From positions 41,435 through 105,434 of the forward strand of contig JAHJDW010000163.1 of the NCBI GenBank assembly GCA_018812245.1: a stretch of DNA of 64,000 nt, written 5' to 3'. Source of the DNA: Bacteroidota bacterium. GTDB taxonomy: Bacteria > Bacteroidota > Bacteroidia > Bacteroidales > JAHJDW01. The stretch's first letter is position 1. The number at the start of each line of letters is the position of its first letter. Below, in pieces: positions 28,591 to 38,008 of this stretch. The notes beneath the pieces were generated by a model. The model worked only from the letters and a program-made list of their open reading frames with translations. It ran no database searches and was not told the origin of the DNA. The position numbers were made by a program, and so were the translations under genes.

Positions 28591-29322
28591 TCAGATACTA
28601 TTATTAATTTGATCTCCTGTTTTTCCAAATCGCCGCTCTCGTTTCTGGTAATCTTCAATTGCTTCGAATAAGTGTTGTCGTCTGAAGTCGGGCCAAAGTG
28701 TTTCTGTAAAAAAGAGTTCCGAATAGGCAATTTGCCACAAAAGGAAATTTGATATTCGGTACTCGCCGCTGGTGCGAATCAGAAGATCCGGATCAGGGAT
28801 GCCAGCAGTAGTAAGATATTGGTCCACAATTTCGGGATAAATTGTCCCGGAGAGTTTGCCGGCTTTAAAATCACACAACATCAGATTGAAGGCTCTGGTG
28901 ATTTCCCATTTTGAGCTATAGCTTAGCGCTAAAATCAGCGTCATTCGCGAGTTTTCGGAAGTTGAATGGATTGTCTCGTTAAGTTTATTCCGGCATTTTT
29001 CAGGGAGTGCATCAATATCGCCAATCGCAAGCAAGCGAATATTGTTATCGTTCAGCGTTTTTGTTTCGTCATTAATTGCCTGAACCAGAAGTTCCATCAG
29101 GGCATCAACTTCTTCTTTCGGTCGGCTCCAGTTTTCTGTTGAGAAAGCGTAAAGCGTAAGGTATTTGACGCCAATTTCGGCAGCACCCTCAACTGTATCA
29201 CGCACAGCTTCAACGCCACCCTGATGACCAATAGCACGCAGCAATCCTTTCTGATTGGCCCACCTGCCGTTCCCATCCATAATTATGGCAACGTGACTGG
29301 GAATATTGTTTTTGTTGATCAC
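28591..29322 (-). CDS. uppS: Di-trans,poly-cis-undecaprenyl-diphosphate synthase.
   Basis: The translation carries HVAIIMDGNGRWA...FSTENW.RP..EV...RTSGE.R.SNFLLWQ. Confidence 0.92.
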   Translation of the reverse strand: MINKNNIPSHVAIIMDGNGRWANQKGLLRAIGHQGGVEAVRDTVEGAAEIGVKYLTLYAFSTENWSRPKEEVDALMELLVQAINDETKTLNDNNIRLLAIGDIDALPEKCRNKLNETIHSTSENSRMTLILALSYSSKWEITRAFNLMLCDFKAGKLSGTIYPEIVDQYLTTAGIPDPDLLIRTSGEYRISNFLLWQIAYSELFFTETLWPDFRRQHLFEAIEDYQKRERRFGKTGDQINNSI

Positions 29323-29444
29323 CTGATAATAGCCTGATTTTGATTATGGCTGCAAAGTTAACAATTCAGAGGTATAAATAGTATATAATAACGGAGAAAG
29401 GGGTTTGCATATTCTTAAAAATCCGTAAAATATGTCGGGAGTGG

Positions 29445-30326
29445 CTAGTGCATATTGTATTCTTTGAAAGAATACTTGGGTTTTTTGGCTCCGTATGCGG
29501 GGCAAAGCTCTTTGGCGTTACTATTCAATCTCACCGTTAGAGTAATGACAGCAAAAGCGACCCAGTCGTTGTTTTTAGAGTTTCCCCGTTGGAAGCCGGT
29601 TCGGTCAATAATATCTCCATCGGTTGAGATTGTACGGTCAGACAATATTGCAGCTACAGCCCCCTTTTCTTCTTTCAGGAGTAGTGGGTCGGGATAGGTT
29701 GTACTCACATCGTCGAGATAATCGGTGTACGTTTTTCGCAGTCCGTATTCAATTGCCAGACATGTTCTTTTGGCGATGGTTAATTTTGCTCCAATCCCAA
29801 ATGGAATTGCTGCAGTGGTGAGGGAGTATGGTTTGCGGTTGTATGGAGGGACGCTATACGCAGTAGTTCCCTGCCCTTCGGTTCCGAGTGGCTGGAGGTT
29901 ATACCATGCCCCATGGAAATTTGCCTGAGGGTTAAATTTTATTATTGATAGTCCGGCAAAAACATAAGGTGAGTATGGGAATTTTGGATTTCCTGCAATG
30001 TATGGCAGAAAATTGAATTCAAATTCTCCGGAGAATTCCCCTACCATCGATCTGAAACTTAGATTTCGTTGGATGTTAAATTTCGATCTGGCATCATCGC
30101 CGTATATCATCCCGAGGTAAAAATTGGACTTAAAGGCGAATCTGGGGTTAAAGTTATATCGGTATAATATTCCTGCTGCGGGTTGGGTCTGCAAAAAATG
30201 GGCTTTGGGGTTGAGGTCACCAATATAGTAAGACCCACCTGCCATAAATCCAAACTCTGAACGCTGGGCTAGAACATTAAGATTAAGCAGGAAGTATACG
30301 CCAATAGAAAGTATTAACCGAAACAT
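29445..30326 (-). CDS. DUF6089-like outer-membrane beta-barrel protein (paralog 1).
   Basis: It has a signal peptide and the motifs LQPLGTEGQG and EYGLRKTYTDYLDDVSTTYPD. It occupies the conserved position upstream of uppS. Confidence 0.6.
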   Translation of the reverse strand: MFRLILSIGVYFLLNLNVLAQRSEFGFMAGGSYYIGDLNPKAHFLQTQPAAGILYRYNFNPRFAFKSNFYLGMIYGDDARSKFNIQRNLSFRSMVGEFSGEFEFNFLPYIAGNPKFPYSPYVFAGLSIIKFNPQANFHGAWYNLQPLGTEGQGTTAYSVPPYNRKPYSLTTAAIPFGIGAKLTIAKRTCLAIEYGLRKTYTDYLDDVSTTYPDPLLLKEEKGAVAAILSDRTISTDGDIIDRTGFQRGNSKNNDWVAFAVITLTVRLNSNAKELCPAYGAKKPKYSFKEYNMH

Positions 30327-30338
30327 GAGGTAAGCAGA

Positions 30339-31235
30339 TTAGAATTTTGCTCTACCCATAAAACGATGAGAATATGGAATACTGTATCTGACAGTTATCA
30401 GAGAGAACAAATATGAATCTTTGTCTGAGGGGTCGCCGCGCTGGCTATTTGCATTTTTGCGTCCGGTTGGGTCTGAAAAATATGCAGATTCCGGACCAAT
30501 TTCAGCTTCAAGCAAATTACGATTTGCGTATGTTCCACTAACATCATCAATATAATCGGTAAAGGTTTTTCGGAATCCATATTCAATTCCAATAGTAAAC
30601 TCACGAGTAATCAGGAACTTGATCCCGATTCCAAATGGGATGCAAACCTGCGCCCGGTGGTATTTTTTTCTTGTGGCAATTATGCCCTGACCTTCGGTAG
30701 AAAGGGGTTGCAGGGCTACCCACCGGCCAAACGGATCTTGTGCTTTGGGATTGAAATAAAAGAAACCAAGCCCGACAAAACCATAACCGCCAATATTCAT
30801 GTTTTTCATCCCTCTGGCGCCTCGTAGAATGTAGCGCCTCCCTTGATGTTCGTATGCATATCCAAATTGGGCTTTTGCAGAGAGTTCATAGACTGGAGAT
30901 CTGAAGTGCAGGTTTCGGTTTCTTCTGGGAGCGTAATTTGTCAGAGCATCATTTCCACTCAGATAGCCCATTGAAAAATCAGCCTGAGCAGTAAGCCACT
31001 TTGTAAATTTGAAGGCATATCCAGCAGAAAGCAGGGGTTTGGTTGCAGCAAAGTCCAAATCCTTCATGCCATTTGTGCCACTTCGGTCAGCTCCTCCAAG
31101 TTCGCCCAGAAAGTTAGTTGCACCTAAACCAAACACATATTCAGCTCTGTTCTTTTTCCATCGTTGTCCAAGCACGAAAAGCGGTGCGAGAATCAGAAGG
31201 AGGAACAATATGGTTTTTGTTATTTTCATTTTCAT
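30339..31235 (-). CDS. DUF6089-like outer-membrane beta-barrel protein (paralog 2).
   Basis: It carries LQPLSTEGQG and EYGFRKTFTDYIDDVSGTYAN, and ends in a C-terminal Phe. Confidence 0.6.
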   Translation of the reverse strand: MKMKITKTILFLLLILAPLFVLGQRWKKNRAEYVFGLGATNFLGELGGADRSGTNGMKDLDFAATKPLLSAGYAFKFTKWLTAQADFSMGYLSGNDALTNYAPRRNRNLHFRSPVYELSAKAQFGYAYEHQGRRYILRGARGMKNMNIGGYGFVGLGFFYFNPKAQDPFGRWVALQPLSTEGQGIIATRKKYHRAQVCIPFGIGIKFLITREFTIGIEYGFRKTFTDYIDDVSGTYANRNLLEAEIGPESAYFSDPTGRKNANSQRGDPSDKDSYLFSLITVRYSIPYSHRFMGRAKF

Positions 31236-31241
31236 TTTTTG

Positions 31242-32162
31242 TCAGAATCTTGGCATTCCAAGGAATCTCTGGGTATAGCGAACCCGATATCGCAAGGAAA
31301 TTACGGCAAACATGTAAGCATCTTTGTCTGAAGGATCGCCACGCTGCTGGTTATAGGATGTTGGTTGATATGGGTCGGTGTCAGAATTTGAACTTGAAGG
31401 GTCGGAGAAATATACAGATTCAGGACCCATTTTGGCCATAAGGTATTGTCGGTTGGGATAAGTTGTACTAACATCATCCAGATAATCAGTGAAAGTTTTT
31501 CTAAGTCCATATTCAAGTCCAACCAACCAGTTCCTGTCAACCATCCATTTGATACCTAGTCCCAAAGGAATAACGGGTTGAAGCCGACTATATTTCTTTC
31601 TTGTTGGATAAATTCCTTGTCCTTCGGTACATAAGGGCTGAAGTGAATACCAAACTCCGGTGGGACCCTGAGCCCTCGGGTTGAACCAGATTAGTCCAAG
31701 TCCGGCAAAAGCGTAGGTTGTTATCTGGATGTTCTTCCACCCTTTGACGCCCTTAAGTTTGTACACATGCCCCTTCTTTTCGGTAGTAACACTGAGTTGG
31801 TATTTTCCAGACAATTCTACGATCGGGCTGCGAAAGTGAAGATTTCGGAAACTGCGTGAAGGTTCTTGTGTAAGGTTGTCGTTTCCGCTGAGTTTTCCAT
31901 AAGAGAAGTCTAATTGCACAGCCCCATTGTTTGATAACTTGTAAAGATATCCAATGTTAAATAATGGTCTTGTAGCTGGGAATTCCAGATCTCTCATACC
32001 GTTAGTCCCAATTTGATCCGCACCCCCAAGTTCACCCAGAAAGTTTGTCGCACCCAAGCCAAAAACATACTCAGCCCGACTGCGCTTCCAGAATTTTTGC
32101 TGACCGTATAAATCACTGACAGTCAGCAAAATAGGCAAGCACAAGATAACCAACCTTATCAT
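31242..32162 (-). CDS. DUF6089-like outer-membrane beta-barrel protein (paralog 3).
   Basis: It carries LQPLCTEGQG and EYGLRKTFTDYLDDVSTTYPN, and ends in a C-terminal Phe. I moved the start to the ATG at 32162 (MIRLVILCLPILL...). Confidence 0.6.
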   Translation of the reverse strand: MIRLVILCLPILLTVSDLYGQQKFWKRSRAEYVFGLGATNFLGELGGADQIGTNGMRDLEFPATRPLFNIGYLYKLSNNGAVQLDFSYGKLSGNDNLTQEPSRSFRNLHFRSPIVELSGKYQLSVTTEKKGHVYKLKGVKGWKNIQITTYAFAGLGLIWFNPRAQGPTGVWYSLQPLCTEGQGIYPTRKKYSRLQPVIPLGLGIKWMVDRNWLVGLEYGLRKTFTDYLDDVSTTYPNRQYLMAKMGPESVYFSDPSSSNSDTDPYQPTSYNQQRGDPSDKDAYMFAVISLRYRVRYTQRFLGMPRF

Positions 32163-32257
32163 CAACCTACTATTTTTAGAAAGACAAAAATACAAAAAAA
32201 AACATACGAACCACATTCTTTCTCATTTATATTGAGCATGAAATTAGATGATTGATA

Positions 32258-33139
32258 TCATACATTCCTTTTGTCTAGCCCCCACAACAGCTTATTTCGC
32301 AGTGTGGAGAAGAAATTCTGATCACGAAATCGAATAATATTTACAGAAAAGGTCTCTTTGCGAATATTTATTTCCTGGCCTGTTTTGATGGGCTTACTTT
32401 TTGAGTCAAGATTCACAAGAATCTCCTCAACTCTCCCTTCTATTTTCATTGTAATACAGCATGTGTCAGGTATTACAACCGGCCTGATACTCAGGTTGTG
32501 TGGTCCAATAGGTGTGATTACAAATGCCTGTGAATCAGGGACAATGATTGGTCCACCACAACTAAGGGAATAGGCGGTTGAACCGGTTGGAGTGCTCAGA
32601 ATCAGACCATCAGACCAGTATGATGCAAGATATTGGCCATTTATCCATGTATGGATTGTAATCATAGAACTATCGTGCCGGTTATTGACCGAAATTTCGT
32701 TAAGTGCAAAGTTTTCCTCACCGAACGGATTATTTTCAGTTTCAAGTCTGATTAAGGAACGTTGTTCCACCATGAAATGCCCCTGAATAATATTCTGAAC
32801 AGCATCAGGAAGTTCATCAATAGATGTGCTGGCGAGAAATCCCAGCCGACCTGTATTAATTCCGAGTATTGGCGTTCCGCTGTTTCTTACGAAGCAAATC
32901 GTATCCAGAAAAGTTCCATCACCGCCGATACTGAAAAAGAAATCCATTTTGTGTTTTAGACTCTCAAACTTGCTGAAAATGTCAGGTTTTTTTCTGAAAT
33001 GAATTTTTCCGTCAAGACCGACAAAGAATTCTTTGTGGATGAATAATTCGATATTGTTATCGGCAAGAGTTCCAAATAGTTGCCTGATTTCGAAGGGGAG
33101 CTGGTCAGGAAATGGTTTACCGCAAATTGCAATTTTCAT
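32258..33139 (-). CDS. nadK: NAD kinase.
   Basis: It carries GGDGTFL and the motifs NxGxLGFL and TPTGSTAYSLS. Confidence 0.9.
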   Translation of the reverse strand: MKIAICGKPFPDQLPFEIRQLFGTLADNNIELFIHKEFFVGLDGKIHFRKKPDIFSKFESLKHKMDFFFSIGGDGTFLDTICFVRNSGTPILGINTGRLGFLASTSIDELPDAVQNIIQGHFMVEQRSLIRLETENNPFGEENFALNEISVNNRHDSSMITIHTWINGQYLASYWSDGLILSTPTGSTAYSLSCGGPIIVPDSQAFVITPIGPHNLSIRPVVIPDTCCITMKIEGRVEEILVNLDSKSKPIKTGQEINIRKETFSVNIIRFRDQNFFSTLRNKLLWGLDKRNV

Positions 33140-33151
33140 AGGATAAGTTTT

Positions 33152-34561
33152 TCAAATCGGAGCAATAAAATGAACAAAAAGTCCGCTTTCTTTTTGACGA
33201 TTCACAGAATATTCAATCCTGACTACCTTGTCGTAGTACGTAACAAAATCCAATCCTGCGCCTGTTCCATACATAAATCCGGTATTCAATGGATTTCCTG
33301 TCTGGTACGAAAGCTGGTCGCAAAAAGCGCCGTCGTGGAAGAGATTCAGGTATAAAGCATAGTGAATTTTCCCAAACCGTTCGTTGGGTAACCAGTTGAT
33401 CTTTCTGCTTTTTGGTGAAATCAATGACATCTTCAACCCAAGTTTGTAGAGAGCATAATTTTGACAATCAACAACATAATATTCGTATCCCCTGACAAAA
33501 TCATTGTAATATCCAAGCCCCTGTTGTACGAAATAGGGCTGGATTTGGTTATCAGAAATTTTACCGGATATACTTGCCGCAAAAAAGATATTTCGGTGAA
33601 TTGGTTTGTAGTACCGCCCAAGGAATTTTAATGAGAGGAAATTTACATTTTCGTTTTCGAGCAGTGATAATCCGTTTTTAACGATGAAGAAATCAAAATA
33701 CCAGCCTTTTAGTGGGTATGCTGCAACATCCCTGAAATCTGCTTTCAGGAAATATAGTACGGAGAGGTAATCAACCCTTCGGCTTGATGTTCCGAGATAA
33801 TTTGGTTGTGCAATAAGCATGCTATCAGAAACAGACACTCCGTTGTACATAAATTGTACCCCCTGAGTGAAATGGATTTTTGGTCTCCAGAACAGCGAAT
33901 AGCTGCCTGCGAGTTTTTTCTCAGCATATCCGTCAATTTCGTTTTGATAAATAGGTCTGTTATGCACAGAGGCAACTGCTACCTCATGATTTCTGCCGAA
34001 AGAGATCATAGATGTACAGCCAATGGTTTGCTTCTTATTCAGGAAAGGGATCTTGTATGAGATTCCGAATAGTTCATCGTATCCGGCACGGAATAGAAAT
34101 TTTAGTTCTTCTTTTCTACCCCTGAAATTTTCCTGAATTGCGAAAAAACCGTAGTTGATTCTGGCGCGGTCGGCATGATCCAGCCAGGCATTCAGGTTTC
34201 GATCTGATAGTTCGAGCAATGGAAAAGGCCAGAGGTACCATCTTTCTGTCAGAGAAACGGTAAGGTAAACATGGTCAGAAAGTGTCTCTGTTATCTCAAT
34301 TTCGGCGAAGTTGAAAAGCGCAGTATTCAACAGATTGAGTCTGCATTTGCGGGTGAGGATTTTCAGATCAGAAAATGGTATAGAATCGTCTGGCGAAACA
34401 GTTATCTCCCTTAGAATGATATGATCTTTTGTCCTGTCATTTCCTTTGATGATGATAGAGTCAACGACGACGATTTTTGTACTGTCGGTATTACCCGCAA
34501 AAAAAAATGACGGAAAGAGGAATGAAAAGACTAGTAATGCGATAAGATGAAAAACACGCAA
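33152..34561 (-). CDS. Omp85-family protein with a single POTRA-like domain and a beta-barrel.
   Basis: It has a signal peptide, a POTRA-type segment (IIIKGNDRTKDHIILREI) and a barrel-like C-terminus. The start is TTG, 3 nt after the upstream stop. Confidence 0.55.
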   Translation of the reverse strand: MRVFHLIALLVFSFLFPSFFFAGNTDSTKIVVVDSIIIKGNDRTKDHIILREITVSPDDSIPFSDLKILTRKCRLNLLNTALFNFAEIEITETLSDHVYLTVSLTERWYLWPFPLLELSDRNLNAWLDHADRARINYGFFAIQENFRGRKEELKFLFRAGYDELFGISYKIPFLNKKQTIGCTSMISFGRNHEVAVASVHNRPIYQNEIDGYAEKKLAGSYSLFWRPKIHFTQGVQFMYNGVSVSDSMLIAQPNYLGTSSRRVDYLSVLYFLKADFRDVAAYPLKGWYFDFFIVKNGLSLLENENVNFLSLKFLGRYYKPIHRNIFFAASISGKISDNQIQPYFVQQGLGYYNDFVRGYEYYVVDCQNYALYKLGLKMSLISPKSRKINWLPNERFGKIHYALYLNLFHDGAFCDQLSYQTGNPLNTGFMYGTGAGLDFVTYYDKVVRIEYSVNRQKESGLFVHFIAPI

Positions 34562-34564
34562 ATA

Positions 34565-35227
34565 TCAGACGTTTAGATAGTTCATAAAGAGGTCAAAACG
34601 GTCACGCAAGCTTTCGCGGAATTCATCTTCGTTGTAAGTTGCTTTAATAACATACTCATAGCGATTGAATGTTTGAATGATGCCTGAAATATCAGCTTTA
34701 TTGACCTTGATGGTCACCTCCATTTTTGTTGATTCGTGGTCTGCATGAATGTATAGACTGAGTACTTTGGCATCATTCGATTCAATTATTCCGGCAATTT
34801 GAGACAGGCTGTAATCGTGCTGGTTCATCTCAAGGATAATTATTCCACCAGGATTGTCAACGGCACAAAATTTTGCAAACGCCTGCACGAGACGCTGGAT
34901 CGTAATTACCCCCAGATAACTCATGTCAGAATCTAAAACCGGCACAAGGGTAAGTTTTTGCATCGAAATTTGTCGAATAACATCATAAACGTGCTGGGTG
35001 TCAACAACATACGGCTTGTGAAGTGAAAGATTGTGATTTCCAAGCGGCTCCTCAGGTTCATTCAGGTTGTAAATATCGTTTTCGCTGATCAGACCCAAAA
35101 ACTCAACGTTGTTTACGATGGGGAGGTGAGAGATCCTGTTCTCCTCCATCATTGCCAGAGCTTTTATTCCGGTATCTGAGGTTCTCAGAGGAATTACTTC
35201 ATCACTAATGAGGTCGGCAGCAATCAT
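34565..35227 (-). CDS. CBS-pair domain protein.
   Basis: It has two CBS motifs and sits in the conserved pdxJ-divergent position. I chose the ATG at 35227 (MIAADLISDEVIPL). The longer ORF-track start would overlap pdxJ. Confidence 0.7.
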   Translation of the reverse strand: MIAADLISDEVIPLRTSDTGIKALAMMEENRISHLPIVNNVEFLGLISENDIYNLNEPEEPLGNHNLSLHKPYVVDTQHVYDVIRQISMQKLTLVPVLDSDMSYLGVITIQRLVQAFAKFCAVDNPGGIIILEMNQHDYSLSQIAGIIESNDAKVLSLYIHADHESTKMEVTIKVNKADISGIIQTFNRYEYVIKATYNEDEFRESLRDRFDLFMNYLNV

Positions 35228-35357
35228 CAAAACAGGCTTTAGGCTTGCAAAATAATAAAAAATACACGAGAATTCCATATTGATAGGAACTTTATAAAAA
35301 AAACAGGAATTTTGCAGGCAGAAATCAGGCGGTGCAAAACATACGGAAAGGAACAAT

Positions 35358-36074
35358 ATGACCAGATTGAGTGTAAACATTAACAAAGTGGCAACCATCA
35401 GGAATGCCAGAGGGGGCAATCAACCCGACTTATTGCAGGTTGCCCGTGATTGCGAACGATTTGGTGCACAGGGAATTACGGTTCACCCCAGACCTGACGA
35501 GCGACATATTCGTTATCGTGATGTGACTGATTTGAAGTCGTTGGTGACCACGGAGTTCAATATTGAGGGTTATCCGTCAGAGCAATTTATGCAACTTGTG
35601 TTTATGGTAAATCCTGCGCAGGTGACTCTGGTTCCCGACCCTCCTGGTGCGCTTACTTCAAGTGCAGGGTGGGATACAAAAACCAACCTTGACTTTCTGC
35701 GAAAAGTAATCAGGAGATTTTCAGATGCTGGGATCCGAACCTCGCTTTTTGTTGATCCGGTTGACGAAATGATTATTTATGCAAAGAAGTCCGGGGCTGA
35801 CCGTGTTGAACTATATACTGAACCTTATGCGTTGGGATATGTACACGACAGGGAGGCAGCTATCGGACAGTTCATTACGGCTTCGAATTGTGCATATTCA
35901 GAAGGTTTGGGACTAAATGCCGGTCACGATCTAAACCTTGACAATCTGAATTATCTGGTTCGAAATCTGACAGGTTTACTGGAAGTCAGTATTGGTCATG
36001 CATTGATTTGCGATGCGCTGTATTTTGGTCTTGAAAAAACGATTCAAAAATATTTGCAGGAATTAAAAACATGA
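35358..36074 (+). CDS. pdxJ: Pyridoxine 5'-phosphate synthase.
   Basis: The translation carries [17 protein letters not shown]...[12 protein letters not shown]...EVSIGHALI. Confidence 0.92.
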   Translation: MTRLSVNINKVATIRNARGGNQPDLLQVARDCERFGAQGITVHPRPDERHIRYRDVTDLKSLVTTEFNIEGYPSEQFMQLVFMVNPAQVTLVPDPPGALTSSAGWDTKTNLDFLRKVIRRFSDAGIRTSLFVDPVDEMIIYAKKSGADRVELYTEPYALGYVHDREAAIGQFITASNCAYSEGLGLNAGHDLNLDNLNYLVRNLTGLLEVSIGHALICDALYFGLEKTIQKYLQELKT

Positions 36075-36190
36075 TGCTGAACGTCAGTGAATACGGCACC
36101 GGCAACCATTTTGTAATTCTCCACGGCATGTTTGGGTTACCGGACAATAAAAGGAGTTTCGTAAGAAAGGGTCAGGTTAACAGATCTTAA
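36071..36190 (+). pseudogene. N-terminal stub of an alpha/beta hydrolase (39 codons).
   Basis: The translation is [30 protein letters not shown]...*. It has the HG oxyanion-hole start of an alpha/beta hydrolase, then ends inside the convergent recJ 3' end. Confidence 0.45.
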
Positions 36191-37898
36191 TATCCTTCAC
36201 ATTCAATTGAAGGGAAGTCTGGCCATTCCATTCGTTTTCTTCTATTGTATAGCAGATGTCGAAGGGTTTTTTATTAGCAATATGTTCCAGATATTTGGCT
36301 TGTTTGAAAGCTATTGCACTGAAGCTGTTTTGCTTATGGTCGTCGGAGATGAGATTCATTTTCAGGTGATCGTTCCCAACTTTCCGGGCAAATCCGCGAT
36401 CAAGCACGGCACTTGTTTTAAAAATCGGTTTCATGTTTTCCGGACCAAATGGAGCAAATTGTTTTAATATCCGGTAGAATTTTGTTGAAATATCAGAAAG
36501 TTTGATTTCAGCGTCAATTTCAATTTCCGGGACGAGCATTTCATCTTCAATTGTTTGAGTCACAAACTTTTCGAACCTCTCTTTGAACAATGGGAAGTTT
36601 TCGGGTTTCATGGCAAGGCCGGCTGCGTATTTGTGACCACCAAAGTGTTCGAGCAGGTCAACGCAGCTTTCCAGTGCGGCATAAAGGTCGTAGCCTTTCA
36701 CAGAGCGTGCCGACCCGGTAATCAGATCGTCGGCCTGAGTGAGAATAATTGTGGGTCGGTAGTAGTGTTCGGTAAGTCGGGAAGCAACAATGCCAAGTAC
36801 ACCTTTATGCCAGGTAGGGTTAAAAAGCACGGTTGTTTTGTCGGATAGCTGGTTTGGGTCAGAGGCAATCATGTCCATTGCCTCTTCGGTGATTTTGGTA
36901 TCGAGATCTTTGCGAATATCGTTGTCGGAGTCAAGAATTTCGGCAAATTCTTCCGATTTCCGGATTTCTTTTGCAATCATTAGCTCAACGGCAGCTCTTC
37001 CGGTATTAATTCTTCCAGCGGCATTCAGGCGCGGTCCGATCACAAACACAATATCAGAAATAGATATTTCCTTGTTAAAATTCAGCAGGCTGAGAATGGA
37101 TTTTATTCCGGTTCGAGGCTTTTTATTCAACATTTGCAGACCAAAATAGGCTAGTATTCTGTTTTCGCCGACGATCGGAACAATATCAGAGGCAATGCTG
37201 ATTGCTACCAGGTCAATGTATTTTTGAACAAACTGAAAAGGGATTGCATTTTTCAAGGAAAACGCCTGTGCCAGTTTGAAGCCTACACCGCAACCGCTCA
37301 GGTTCGTATCAGGGTAGTCACAGTCGAGTCTTTTGGGATTTACGATGGCAGTAGCGTTTGGGAGCGCGTCGCCGGGGAGGTGATGGTCGGTAACGACTAT
37401 GTCTATGCCGAGGGAGTTTGCGTAATCAATTTGTTCGTTGGCTTTGATACCACAGTCAACGGTAATGATAAGGGTGAACCCGTTTTCCTTGGCGAAATCC
37501 ATGCCTTTGTATGAGATTCCGTATCCCTCACCGTAGCGGTCAGGGATGTAATAATCAATATGCGGGTATCTTTCGGAGAAAAACGAGTAAAGCAACGCGA
37601 CGGCTGTTGTTCCATCAACATCATAATCGCCGTAAATCAGAATTTTCTCATTTTTGGACATTGCCAACAGAATTCTGGCAACAGCCTTATCCATGTCTTT
37701 GAGCAGAAAGGGATAGTGCAGGTCTTCGAGCTGGGGGCGGAAGAAGAGCAATGCTTTTTCGTAGGTGTCGATGTCGCGTTGCACCAGGAGGCTAGCGAGT
37801 ACCGTATCAATTTTAAGTTCACCCGCGATTTTACTGACCAGAACCGGATCGCCTACATCTCTTATTTTCCATTTCTTATCCATTTTGTCAGCTATCAT
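36177..37898 (-). CDS. recJ: Single-stranded-DNA-specific exonuclease RecJ.
   Basis: It carries DHH-family motifs (GDYDVDGTT, VTDHH), a DHHA1 region, and is 573 aa long. Confidence 0.9.
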   Translation of the reverse strand: MIADKMDKKWKIRDVGDPVLVSKIAGELKIDTVLASLLVQRDIDTYEKALLFFRPQLEDLHYPFLLKDMDKAVARILLAMSKNEKILIYGDYDVDGTTAVALLYSFFSERYPHIDYYIPDRYGEGYGISYKGMDFAKENGFTLIITVDCGIKANEQIDYANSLGIDIVVTDHHLPGDALPNATAIVNPKRLDCDYPDTNLSGCGVGFKLAQAFSLKNAIPFQFVQKYIDLVAISIASDIVPIVGENRILAYFGLQMLNKKPRTGIKSILSLLNFNKEISISDIVFVIGPRLNAAGRINTGRAAVELMIAKEIRKSEEFAEILDSDNDIRKDLDTKITEEAMDMIASDPNQLSDKTTVLFNPTWHKGVLGIVASRLTEHYYRPTIILTQADDLITGSARSVKGYDLYAALESCVDLLEHFGGHKYAAGLAMKPENFPLFKERFEKFVTQTIEDEMLVPEIEIDAEIKLSDISTKFYRILKQFAPFGPENMKPIFKTSAVLDRGFARKVGNDHLKMNLISDDHKQNSFSAIAFKQAKYLEHIANKKPFDICYTIEENEWNGQTSLQLNVKDIKIC

Positions 37899-38008
37899 TT
37901 TGCAAAATTAACAAAAAAGCGATTAATGCTATAAAAAAAAAGCCGCAATAGTAGAAACACATCCCGAAGTCTTTGATTATTAGTCGAATGACGCGATTTT
38001 CGAGAAAA

